Of a stretch of DNA of 64,000 nt, positions 51,994-64,000 are shown in pieces. The notes beneath the pieces are model-generated. The model saw only the letters and a list, made by a program, of their open reading frames with translations. It was not told the origin of the DNA and made no database searches. A program made the position numbers and the translations under genes. The DNA comes from Octopus sinensis (lineage: Eukaryota), in NCBI RefSeq assembly GCF_006345805.1, contig NC_042998.1, forward strand, positions 95,418,001-95,482,000. The letters are read 5' to 3'. Position 1 is the stretch's first letter, and the number at the start of each line of letters is the position of its first letter.

Positions 51994-52803
51994 GTGACGT
52001 TATGTTTATATTGCATGGAGTTATCGTTGTTTTTATTTCCAGGAGATTTCTAAATAAGGGGAGGTAGTGAGTGATTTCTTCCGGTGTAAGGGAGATAATC
52101 GCTTAAAAATTTTTTTTTCCCCTTTTCCTTGTTAATTTCTCTGTGTCAGTATGTTCGGATGGTTGAGTCTGGGTTTGTACTTTTCAATGAAGAATGTTTC
52201 CTTGTTCAGTCTCATTTGTGTTGATGATCCGAAAGCACATTGGTAAAATGGGAAGATTAAAAATTGTGGCAGTAGTTGCTTTGCGCATTTCTCAATGTGC
52301 TCACTAAAAGGTATCATTCTATATTCTGGGAATGCAATCTGTTGTCGATGCAGTGTGCATCTACGCCTGAATTTATGTTATTAAATGCTCGGCTGCCACC
52401 AAGACTACGTGGGTTCCACGGGACTATCACTCAGGCGTAGATGCACACTGCATCGACACAGATTGCATTCCCAGAATATAGAATGGTACTTTTAGTGAGC
52501 ACATTGAGAAATGCGCAAAGCAACTACTGCCACAATTTTTAATCTTCCCATTTTACCAATGTGCTTTCGGATCATCAACACAAATGAGACTGAACAAGGA
52601 AACATTCTTCATTGAAAAGTACAAACCCAGACTCAACCATCCGAACATACTGACACAGAGAAATTAACAAGGAAAAGAGAAAAAAATTTTTTAAGCGATT
52701 ATCTCCCTTACACCGGAAGAAATCACTCACTACCTCCCCTTATTTAGAAATCTCCTGGAAATAAAAACAACGATAACTCCATGCAATATAAACATAACGT
52801 CAC

Positions 52804-52843
52804 AAGAAATTTGAAAAGCTACACGCGAAACCGGTAATTTCTT
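52804..52843 (+). ncRNA. Minimal type I hammerhead ribozyme motif, U3-A8 core, palindromic stem III
   Basis: AAGAAAT-TTGAAAA-GC(TACAC)GC-GAAA-CCGGT-A-ATTTCTT. Confidence 0.7.
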
Positions 52844-52986
52844 TAAAAATTTTAAAATTATGTCATTTTAAGGAAAGGGGAAAAAAAAAAAAAATTTTTC
52901 CAATATTCTCCAGACATTTTGACACAAATATATATATTTTTTAACATTTAAGCCGTCTGTCGTTTTTTCACACTTTACTATTTTCT

Positions 52987-53088
<102 letters not shown>

Positions 53089-53089
53089 C

Positions 53090-54060
53090 TCCTATCACAG
53101 ATAAACAAGCATATACATATCCATATAAAAGAAATGGACGTGTGCGTAAAGGTCGCACTTATGCACCGGACACAGTCCTCCACTCTTATACATATATACA
53201 CGCGTACACATATATACACACGCACACACATACACATTTAATATATACATGCATATACATATACTCACACACGTACACAATTACACAAAAAGGAAAAAAT
53301 GAAAAAACTATATATTAAACAATAAGAAATGTTAAGACATATGGAAAGCTTGTGCAGGTACATAGTAAAAATGCAGATTCTATCCGTGATATTGCGGGTG
53401 GGGTGGGGGAAACTGTAACAGGTATTTTGTCATATATAGACATGATCCAAAAAGTTCAGTTCTTGAACTTAGACATGTACAGGGGTCCAAGAAACTTTTC
53501 CAGATAAGCCATGTTTCCATATCACAAAGACCGCACTTGCCACTACCGTTAGTATAAGGTTTACACTTGGCCAAGATCTTCCAGTAAATCCTATAGCTGA
53601 CACCTTGTTCTTTTAAGAACCATATATGACTGGATAATTTGATCGTTTTTCGTTTATTCAAGTGTCTGAAGCTTAATGTGTGATTATTGATCCTTGCTTT
53701 AAAATTTTCCTCCGTGAGATCCACATATATCTTTGACGAAACTGTGTTATTAGCGCTCGTAGAATTTACAGTGGCTTCGTAAATAATGGCTTCAGTCATA
53801 CTGGCTCCATTTAGCGGACACAAATCTTTATCCCTGCAGGAACAGCCGGTTTCGTGTTGTTGTTTTTCTGCGTTGTGAACAATTATGATTTTAAAATTTG
53901 CTGTTGAACTATAGGTTACGCCTATTAAAGAGTTTCCTATATTTATGATTTATTGGAAAGTGTCTATCTATAAGTGACAACAAAATATTTACCTATACTA
54001 AAGGTCACTTCGGGGAGTAAGGGGGTGTGAACCAGATAATTCTCCTGTGTCTATGTTTGC
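53090..54060 (-). mobile_element. Penelope-like element 3' fragment with GIY-YIG endonuclease domain
   Basis: CSCRDKDLCPLNG...IIYEATV...IYVDLTEENFKARINNHTLSF...LSSHIWFLK...WKIL...CGLC; degraded linker upstream. Confidence 0.85.
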
Positions 54061-54319
54061 TTTTCTTTATTTCTGGCCTAATAGCGGGTGTGTAAGCTAT
54101 TTCCTCTTTAAATCCGCTAGCTTTAAGATCTTTGTTATATATTGAGGCAGCATTAATAATAAATATGTTTACATTGGAGGACGGGCTAGAAATTCTCCTA
54201 CTAAAAATTCTTAAACACTATGGGGTGGGGGTGGCAGGAACCTACGTTAATACAACTAAGTTTATCGTTAGGCTGAGTTCTATTACGACAACTTACTGAT
54301 TGTCCTAAACTATGCACAT

Positions 54320-54405
<86 letters not shown>

Positions 54406-54459
54406 TATATAAATGTCTTCTATTTACCTAATATCCAGGTCTCAATCTTCTGTTGTCAC

Positions 54460-54509
<50 letters not shown>

Positions 54510-54580
54510 TATTATTATTATTATTATTATTATATTATTATTATTATATTTGTATGTGTTTGTCTGTCTGTGTGTGTGGT

Positions 54581-54725
54581 ATAGGCGCGTGACCTGGTGG
54601 TTAAGGTAATGCACTTGTGATCGTTCGATTCCTGGACCGGACGATGCGCTGTTTTCTTGAGCAAAACACTTCATTTCACATTACTCCACCCAGCTAGCAA
54701 GAATGAGTAACTCTGCGACGAACTG
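54581..54725 (+). mobile_element. tRNA-head SINE fragment (family E)
   Basis: GGCGCGTGACCTGGTGGTTAAGG...GTTCGATTCCTGGACCGG...TTCTTGAGCAAAACACTT. Confidence 0.6.
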
Positions 54726-55199
54726 TCACAGAATCATAACAGATTCTCTTAACTGACCCCCCACCACACACACACACACGAGTCTCATACATATGCAATA
54801 CAGTGAGTTTTGAAGAACTACCACTAACAGATATTATCCTTACATATAGCAAATAAGCGCATCACTCCAGGGATGTTTATATTTCTGAAAAAAAAAAGCA
54901 AGGGAGATAATTCCAATAAACTAGAAAATTTTGGAAAATAAAGGGAAGGCTGTATTGAATTGGATCTAGCTTTTAATCCAAATAATAAGAGCAACGGACA
55001 TTTTACAGCTTTATGATTTCGAGCTCACTTCTACAGTTCAGCACCTGGGGCGAGGCAACAAAGCTAAGGTACTGTGAAATTTGTAGGACATTTATAAAAA
55101 GGCTGTAAGACTGCCTTTCTCTTTTTTAATGTCCTAGAAATTTCACACTGCCTTGCCTTTGTTGTCTCATTTTATTTAGCATATACATGCTCGCACACG

Positions 55200-55526
55200 A
55201 CCCACATTAAACTCCTCACTCATACTATTATCGAACCGGGAGTCTAACTAGGGTCCATCCGTAACACTTACATAGCCTTACCTGCCACTTTTGGTCTTCT
55301 GGATACCAAAATCTCTCATTCATATATATATGATGGACCCTCCCGTCGTTAGACAATGTATAAGGCTTCGACAATTTCTTACCGAACAACCACACAGATG
55401 TTTGTGTAGACATAAGATCACTCCCTCCATCTGATCGACCTGTACATGTGCAACGAGTGCCACATGTCAGATGTCGTTGGAATCGAACCCACGATCTCGC
55501 AATCCTAACCACTAAGCCATGCGCCT

Positions 55527-55531
<5 letters not shown>
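55200..55531 (-). mobile_element. tRNA-head SINE
   Basis: Minus strand GTGAAGGCGCATGGCTTAGTGGTTAGG...GGGTTCGATTCC (A and B boxes). Confidence 0.6.
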
Positions 55532-55591
<60 letters not shown>

Positions 55592-55592
55592 A

Positions 55593-55801
55593 CCAAAATT
55601 TAGGGAATGGATACCTTGATCATATGAAGTTTACATTGTCGTTAGGGGAGTCCGTGTAAACTTCATATAGTGAAGGTATCCTTGTCCTGAAGATTAGCTT
55701 GCGGTCTACCCCTCGTTTGGATAATTTACTACTTCCAAGGCTCAGCTAGCTATAAGACATACATAGCCTGGATTTTATCTACTCCATTCCCTAAATTTTG
55801 G
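55593..55801. repeat. Nested fold-back element
   Basis: Outer 19-bp IR CCAAAATTTAGGGAATGGA (55593-55611 / 55783-55801); inner hairpin 55609-55681. Confidence 0.75.
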
Positions 55802-56420
55802 ATTATTCGCATATACAACAACTTCTGTTGCTATAAAATTAACTTTCTTTTTCAGCTTACCGTATTTCGATATGGGAAAAATTCACAACCTTCTGCGCCA
55901 ATAAATCACTATTGTTCCTGAAAGTTGATTTTTTTTTTATATACCTTCTACGGATTGCTTGGAGGAATTTTTCCAAAAATTTAATTGTTTTCCAAACTTA
56001 CAGTTGAAAAACACCTTGATCCTTGGATCTTTCCTTTACACACACACATGATTTTGTGTGTGTGTGCGCATAACATATATAAATAGATGACTGATAGAAA
56101 ATAAATTGGAGGACGTACCGTGTTTCATATTATTACAGTTGTTTCCACACATCATTACACCCGTAATACATTGGTGAGATGATGTAATTAACAAACTGCG
56201 TAATCCCTAACATCCATCAAAGGTGTAAGATGTCAACAAGGTGTATGAATACAGTTCATTCCATTTTCTATCATTTATTTATTCATATAAACTCTACCGA
56301 TGCAATGGAATTCCTGATATATATCTAGTAACGAGAACATTATCTCTATATCTCACTATATGCGAATATCAGGTACCCAATAAAGGCGAACGAGCTTTGC
56401 TTAGGATACTAAGTTTTTAC

Positions 56421-56456
<36 letters not shown>

Positions 56457-56992
56457 CTTGTCCTCTTGACAACCGATATTGGTTTGCTTACGTTCCCGTA
56501 TTTTAACGGCGCAGCAAAAGAGACTGATTAAATAAGTAAGAAAGTTAGATAAGCACTGGGGTTAATTTATTCGATTAACCCTTCAAGGCGATGCTTCGGC
56601 ATGGCCACAGTGACACAACTGAAACAACTGAAAGAATACAACAAAATATAAAAAAAAATATGACGTATACTTGGCTCTGGGATATCTTCCTTCAACCACT
56701 TTACATCTGTGTCTTTGTTTACGAGTGTGAACGCATATTGTGAGTTACACTTTATTATGTCAATAACCGGACTAAACAATATGATACAGAGAGATAAAGT
56801 ATCTCTGACACAAGTACTGGTTTAGATGTGGCTGACTGAAGGCCTTATGTGTACAACCTCTGCATATCCACAGCCCCTATGACTAAAGCCGGAAGCCCTA
56901 TGGTTATACGACAGTGCTCTCAGTAGCTTGGAAATAAGGATCTAATTTATCATTAAAGAATTATGCAGAATTGCTTACCTTCTAACACATAC

Positions 56993-57106
<114 letters not shown>

Positions 57107-57399
57107 ATATATATACGTCACTCCGTCGGTTACGACGACGAGGGTTCCGGTTGATACAATCAACGGAAGAGTCTGCTCGTGAAAATTGGGAGCCGAACAA
57201 AAAAAATCCGACAGCTGTAACAACACAAGAATAGGAAAAGAACACCATCAGAACAGCTTGAAATCTAACATCAAAGATCGCAGAGAAAGACTAAACCATT
57301 GAGAAAATTAACCAATCCATATGTCTTCTCTCATTTGCCAAAAAATATCGGACTTCTGATTCACCAGTTGGTAAAACAAGATTCTCCACAATGACACCA

Positions 57400-57730
57400 A
57401 AGACATCGTGGAAATTTTTCAGACGTGCTCCATCTTCAGCGATTCTAATGAAGTTGACTTAGTATCAATGAAAATCACTTCCAACATATTCCGTCTTTTA
57501 ACACACAGAAACCACGAAAAGAAGCCTGCATGTGACATGAAGATCCAACAGAAAAGTTCGTTGAACATTTTCTACTGGTAAAAGTTACTTTGAGAAACAT
57601 TATTTTGAGTCCGAAGCACTTCTGCTTGTGGATATTGATCCTGGTCATCCTTCACTTATATATTCACATCAAACGTCTGTACCTACTAAATTCGTTATAG
57701 GTACATTGACTAACGACCAATATCAGTCTG
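57400..57730 (+). pseudogene. Tigger/pogo-like transposase remnant
   Basis: ALLLVDIDPGHP (cf. ALLLLDNAPGHP) preceded by HVT*RSNRK (cf. PV.WRSNKK); frameshifted. Confidence 0.5.
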
Positions 57731-58112
57731 AAAAAGAATTCTGGGGAAGAATTTAGTAATTTCATTGGGGTTTGCAAAAAACAAAAAAAAAAGTGTTTAA
57801 ATATATTTAAGGAAAGTCATAGGATAGGGGATAAAACAGACGCAATCAGTTATAAGCTTAAATAAATGATACAGGAAGTAGGATTTGGAGAAGTTGATGC
57901 AGGTGGTATTCAGGATTTATTGCATGCCGATAGCAAGACCTGCAAGTATCTCATTGAGATAATGAAGAAAAGACCCAGTCTCTTCCATAAACCTTTTTAA
58001 CGACATCCATCTTATCTAAGAGCTTTGGTGAAAGAATTCATTCTCTAGACCGATTTTCAAAAAACAACAACAAAAGGGCATAGTAAGAAAGCAAAGCATT
58101 CAATGCTTTGAT

Positions 58113-58164
<52 letters not shown>

Positions 58165-58485
58165 TGTGTGTGCGTATGTGTGTGTGTGTGTGTGTGTGTG
58201 TCTGTGTGTGTGTGTACGTACGAATAAGCATATAACAAACGTGCACATCTAACTAAACTAACAATACAGTATTTTTTTATTGCTCCGTATTGTTTACTTG
58301 TTGCATAAACTAAATGAGAGTGTATATTTTGGGGGAATGAATTGCATATAATGTTCCTTTAAAGAATTATATATATATGTACACACACACACACACACAA
58401 CACACACACACACTCACACACACATACACACACACACACACACACTCACACACACACACACACACACACCACACACACACACACA

Positions 58486-61463
58486 GGGTTTACGCATCCA
58501 AGATGGACAAATAATCAAGTCCTACCTCTGGTCGCATGCTGTAGTGCTGACAGGGAAAGTGAATCGAGGGCGAATCGAAGTAAAGTAGATACCCCCGTTA
58601 ACGATGCTATCTCTGATGCCCCTTATTCTGCTTGTTCCCCAATTCCCGCCCCTCAAACTTCACAGCTCAGCATCGTCTATACCAACTCGTGCTCCTTATT
58701 TCCAAAGTTCAGCGAACTATTTACACTGGCCATGCGTGATTCCCCTGATGTGATAGATATCACCAAGACTTGGCTGACTCCAGCAGTAAAGGACTCGGAA
58801 ATCCACCTACAGGGCTACGTCCTCTTCAGATGTGACAGAGAAAAGAGGCGAGGTGGAGGTGTTGCTGTGTATGTTAAATCTGATCTCAAACCGTCCAGCG
58901 GTATTCTACCCACTAATGCTCAACCTACAAAATTCGATGCCGTCTATTGCAAGCTGAGCCTATCCGGGTTTTGCCTGCCCGTGTTAGCTGTCTACAGGCC
59001 GCCTCTTGCCGACCCCCAGGACGATGCTCATTTACTCGAAGCGATAAGATTCGTTTCAGCTTCTCATGACTGTTTGATATTAGGAGACTTCAACGCTCCC
59101 ACGATCGATTGGCCCGCATCATTTTCCCGGTTCGGCCAGGCCCTTCTTGACGTGGTTGAAGATTGTTTTCTATCGCAACATGTTGAATATCCGACAAGGC
59201 ATCGGTCTGGACAGCAGCCATCTATGCTGGATCTGGTATTCTCCCGCTATCCAAGATCAGTGTCAGACGTATCTGTGTGCGCCCCTCTTGCCAAGAGTGA
59301 TCATGCGGTCCTGAAGTTCGTCATGCACACAACTTTTTCTACTTCGCTGCCACGTAGAGTCTTCTCTGCAATTAATCTTGAAATTCTAACCGAAGCTTCC
59401 GTGCTTCTGGACTGGCGATCCCTGATGACGTTGTCCTCAGTTGACGAACTATGGTCGTCCCTCAAAGCATATGTAATCTGGTTGACTGACCAAGCAGTTC
59501 CCGTTGGTCTTCCCAAGAAGAAGAAACAAGCCCTGGGTAACGAAGAAGGTTAAACGAGAACTTCGACTCAGAGATAATGATTGGGCTGAATTCAAAAATC
59601 TGGATTCGACTGCAGCTTTTGAGGTGTACAAAACTCAACGAGACCGAGCCGTGAAAATTGAAAAGGAAGACCGCTTCAGATACGAATACAGAATCGCGGC
59701 AAACGCCAGTAGTAATCCAAAATCCTTCTTTGCCCATGTCCAACGGAATTCCCGCTTGAACAACCAAATTGAAACGTTGGTAGACTCAACAGGCGTATCG
59801 ATTGAGGACCCTTATCAACAGAGTCAATTATTTGCCGAGGCTTTTTCAACTATTTTCAAACAAGATGATGGTCGTGAACCCCCTCCATTTGATAGATCGG
59901 TACCTCCAATGCTTCGATTGGTCACCACGCGGGACGAAGTCGAACGCGTTATTCAAGGCCTCGATGTCAACACGGGTCACGGCCCTGACGGCATACACCC
60001 ACGGGTTATCTGCGAGCCCTTAACACATCTATTCAATATGTCATTGGCGACGGGTGTTATACCTGCGGACTGGAGAACAGCGATAATCTGCCCAATTTTC
60101 AAGAAAGAGAGCCGCGAAGACCCGCTTAACTACCGACCGGTTTCCCTTACATCAATAATCAGCAAGATGTTCGAAACTATCCTTAAGAAAAGTATGATGC
60201 TCCACCTCCAAAACACAGCCTCTATCTCTGATTCCCAACACGGCTTCGTGCCGAAGAGATCGTGCTTGACCAACTTACTGGTAATGGAAGAATTGGTGAC
60301 GCGCATCCTCGATGATAGTGATGCTGTTGACATCGTTTTATTGGACTTTGCCAAAGCTTTTGACTCGGTAAACCACAGCCTATTACTTGTCAAGCTTCAA
60401 ACATATAGTTTCCATCCGGATATTGTACGATGGGTTGGTGCCTTCCTCTCAGATCGCTCCTTCCAAGTCCAAGTTAATGGTTCGCGGTTCGACGTCTCCA
60501 GTGCGAGCAGTGGCGTGCCTCAAGGTTCAGTGCTTGGGCCCTTATTGTTCTTAGTCTTCATAAATGACTTGCCCGACGACCTCACGCAACACACCCTTCT
60601 ATTTGCCGACGATGTCAAATTAGTCGCTCTTCGCGGTGATACAGAGGATCTTCGTCAATGCCTCCACCAAATTTGGAGATGGTCTAACGAATGGGACCTG
60701 TGTCTGAACGTGTCAAAGTGCTGTCATCTGCCTGTTGGCTCTCCTCTTGCAACTCAACTTCATTTCGAGCCGGGTCGTCTGCTGCTGGAGAGGACCGATC
60801 AGGTAAAGGACCTGGGTATCTTGGTGGATTCCTCCCTTTCGCCTTCGGCCCAGTGCGTCCATGCTGCCAACAAAGCACGTGGAGTACTGTTCTTAATTCG
60901 ACGGTCATTCGGAATGCTCACAGCAGCCATATTCCTACCGCTGGTGAGACCCATATTGGAGTACGGGATTCAAGCCTCTTCTCCTTATCTCCTCAAAGAC
61001 ATACAGCATCCCGAAAGAGTCCAGAAGCTGGCTACCCGCATGGTTCTTGGTCTCAAGAATTTGCCTTATGAAGAAAGGCTGAAGACGCTCGACCATTATG
61101 CTCTAGAAAAACGACAACGCTGTGGTGATCTCATTCTTGCTCACAACATCATAAACGGAAAGTGTAACCTCTCGAAAGAGCTGTTCTTCACTCCTGCTCC
61201 AGAGCGTCGGCTGCGGGGTCATTCCGAAAAGCTCTATCTGCGACGATTTCATCTCAATCGAAGGAGAGGGGCTTTCTCCGTCCGGGTTGCGGATCCGTGG
61301 AATAAGCTGCCGGACGAGATGGTGAAGATGCTGACGACCGCTCGGTTCAAAGTCTCCCTTGACCACAAGTGGCCTGAACTCTTTACATGAACACCACCCT
61401 ATACATAACTCCATGTCCCCCTACATGGCCTTGCTTTTTGCGCCAAAAATTAACTAACAAACT

Positions 61464-61466
<3 letters not shown>
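58486..61466 (+). mobile_element. CR1-type LINE, young, APE + RT ORF2 with one frameshift
   Basis: In-frame LSIVYTNSCSL (from 58666), PDVIDITKTWL, ILGDFNAP, SDHAVL; frameshift in an AAG run at about 59515; RT LLDFAKAFDSV, GVPQGSVLGPLLF, LFADDVKL; stop at 61390; tail AACTAACAAACTAAC. Confidence 0.95.
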
Positions 61467-61502
<36 letters not shown>

Positions 61503-62106
61503 AATAGTGATGGTAAGACAACAAAAGAATGAAAGAGACCTCGATATTATGTAAATGAAGAAATTTATCTGTAATATATGTCACATTATATAACAGATAT
61601 AATATATATATATATATATAAAACATTACGTTATATAATTAGTTATATAATTATATAACGTAATGTTTTAAATATACCGTAAATGGTCTTCTTACATACT
61701 GAACACTACTTGGTAAAATTAATTAATAATTAATTGATTTTACCCTTTTATTATTGATTATATATATATATATATATGTATATAAAATGACCCTCCATGT
61801 TTGTTTTCCTTCGGTTTCCTGGTATGTCTCCACAGTCCTGTTTTTGTCCTCATCTTTGTCTCTATAAATCCTAAATTTTATTTCAGAATTTATGGGAGCA
61901 TCTGGCTTTGAAGACTCTTATTGTCGTTGAATGCTCAAAATGAGGAGTAGATAGACAACTGACAACTGCTGAAGGGTCGTTCTCTGTGTTTACTTGTCCT
62001 GTTTTCCATTTTTTTTCTCTCTTTGCGTATTTAACTCATTTGTTTTCGTATTTCATGTAGTTTACACAGTTGGTAACGTCCTGTAGCCATATATGTATAT
62101 ATATAT

Positions 62107-62140
<34 letters not shown>

Positions 62141-62225
62141 TTGTTTTCGTATTTCATGTAGTTTACACAGTTGGTAACGTCCTGTAGCCATATATGTATA
62201 TATATATATATATATAAATATATAT

Positions 62226-62423
62226 GTAGGTCCCGGGTTGATTCGGGGTTAACCACAGTAAATAAGGTACTCAATACATAGCAGAGTAAAATTAATTTAT
62301 TATATAGAAGGAGCTTCTACAGGACTAGAACTGTTTCATTCAAGAGAAATCTTCAGGAAGCTCCTGAAGATTTCTCTTGAATGAAACAGTTCTAGTCCTG
62401 TAGAAGCTCCTTCTATATAATAA

Positions 62424-62424
<1 letters not shown>
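62226..62424 (-). mobile_element. HHR-family short element with inverted copy (63-bp arms, 3-nt spacer)
   Basis: Arms 62296-62358 and 62362-62424; body matches 38565-38696. Confidence 0.85.
62312..62362 (-). ncRNA. Type I hammerhead ribozyme motif (same family as 38559)
   Basis: Minus strand AGCTTC-CTGAAGA-TTTCTCTTGAAT-GAAA-CAGTTCTAGTCCTGT-A-GAAGCT, identical to 38559-38609. Confidence 0.8.
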
Positions 62425-62458
<34 letters not shown>

Positions 62459-62556
62459 GCGGGAAGCTTTATGAAAATAAACAAAAGACGAAGGCAGGTG
62501 GAAAACAAACGAACAATTGTATTAGTATGGCGCTCAGGAAATATAAATAAAACAAG

Positions 62557-62594
62557 TCTTTAACGTTTCGAGCCTACGCTCTTCAACAGAAAGA
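62557..62594 (-). ncRNA. Minimal hammerhead-like motif with A6U core (CUGUUGA), in a PLE-type tail at 62460-62670
   Basis: TCTTT-CTGTTGA-A-GAGC(GTAG)GCTC-GAAA-CGT-T-AAAGA; palindromic AACGTT stem III. Confidence 0.6.
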
Positions 62595-62681
62595 TACACA
62601 GAGAGAGAAAAACACAGAAAGAGGAGAGAAAAAAAATGCGTGCAGTAGCTAACGAATCAACATGGCGATCTGATATATATA

Positions 62682-62781
<100 letters not shown>

Positions 62782-62930
62782 TATACAAAGATTCTATAAT
62801 TATAAGCATAATTATAATTAGGGTTCAGCCAAATTGCTTCACCACATACCGAAATTTAGAAATAGCAGTTAAATACTATTCTACGGCCATAATATATCTC
62901 CCAGAGAGCTAGCTGTCTGGGAGATATGTA

Positions 62931-63016
<86 letters not shown>

Positions 63017-63025
63017 CATATATAT

Positions 63026-63079
<54 letters not shown>

Positions 63080-63181
63080 GTATTATATATATATATATAC
63101 ATATCTCCCATATATACATATATATATATATATATAATACATCTATGTTTCTACACCACCTGTCTTTGTCTTTTGTTTTTT

Positions 63182-63215
<34 letters not shown>

Positions 63216-63247
63216 TATATATATATATATATATTATATATATATAT

Positions 63248-63282
<35 letters not shown>

Positions 63283-63291
63283 TATATATAA

Positions 63292-63384
63292 GGGTTTCCT
63301 AATATTTTGGATGATATACTTTCCTACTTCACACAAAGACTTCCTCTTCATATCACAGACCCACAATATATATATATCCAAACC

Positions 63385-63415
<31 letters not shown>

Positions 63416-63470
63416 ATATATATATATATATCTTATATATATATATATACATATAAATACATATGTATAT

Positions 63471-63501
<31 letters not shown>

Positions 63502-63587
63502 GTATGTATATATTGTGGGTCTGTGATATGGAGAGGAAGTCCTTGTGTGAAGTAGGAAGGTACATCATCCAAAATATTAGGAAACCC
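63292..63587. repeat. Inverted repeat of about 79 bp enclosing a (TA)-rich spacer
   Basis: Arms 63292-63370 and 63508-63587 with few mismatches. Confidence 0.85.
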
Positions 63588-64000
63588 GTAATACGTGTGA
63601 AAGGGACTTTTGGCCTAATTTCGGCTGCTCATCGCCTGGCTATTGAAACGTGATACTAAAACAGGACATTCTCGAGAACGTACATCAGTAAACACTATCA
63701 GCTGAATAGGGTAAATGGGTGCCGGGAATGTCATAGGATTAGGGTGAAACTAACAACAAAAACAGAAGACTAAGTGTTGACCTTAGAATGACACTAGCCT
63801 CGAGATGTGAATAACTGCTATTTTCACTTGCGTCTACAAATCCTACTTCCTTTCGGCTAATTTGACTTTTTATGTTCACATGACGACTAGTCGTATATGG
63901 ATGAAAAAGTATTACTTCCTTGTTATACTTATTTATTCTTTAATCTATTTTATCTTATTATTATTTTTTTAGTAGTTGTTGGTAAATAGTCACCTGTACT

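Noticed and set aside
58249-58262. CTAACTAAACTAAC as the tail of a second CR1 copy
   Set aside because: Upstream sequence does not match the 3' UTR at 61391-61450.
63605-63645. Hammerhead-like GCGATGA-GCAGCC-GAAA on the minus strand
   Set aside because: The core lacks CU, and there is no convincing stem II, stem III or stem I.

Overview
AT-rich, repeat-saturated eukaryotic non-coding DNA, most likely from an octopod cephalopod (inferred from SINE families recalled from Octopus genomes; not verified by search). No host protein-coding gene can be called confidently; nearly all long ORFs in the track are microsatellite artefacts or transposon remnants. The window holds many tRNA-head SINEs of several families, a near full-length but disabled R4/Dong-type RLE LINE (30.5-34.3 kb), a young CR1-type LINE (58.5-61.5 kb), remnants of RTE, CR1/L2, Tc1 and Tigger/pogo elements, a non-autonomous Helitron whose empty site is present elsewhere in the window, piggyBac-type MITEs, a 1.1-kb tandem duplication and large (TA/TG)n arrays. 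The main signal not shown by the ORF track is a set of hammerhead ribozyme (HHR) motifs from at least four unrelated families. They sit in Penelope-like element (PLE) terminal fragments or similar short dispersed repeats, often as inverted or palindromic pairs beside (TA)n. They include a canonical type I HHR, a minimal dimer-type HHR with a compensatory U3-A8 core, an A6U core variant, and a head-to-head palindrome carrying an HHR core on both strands. All folds were read by eye and none is experimentally tested. Repeat boundaries are approximate unless exact motifs are cited.
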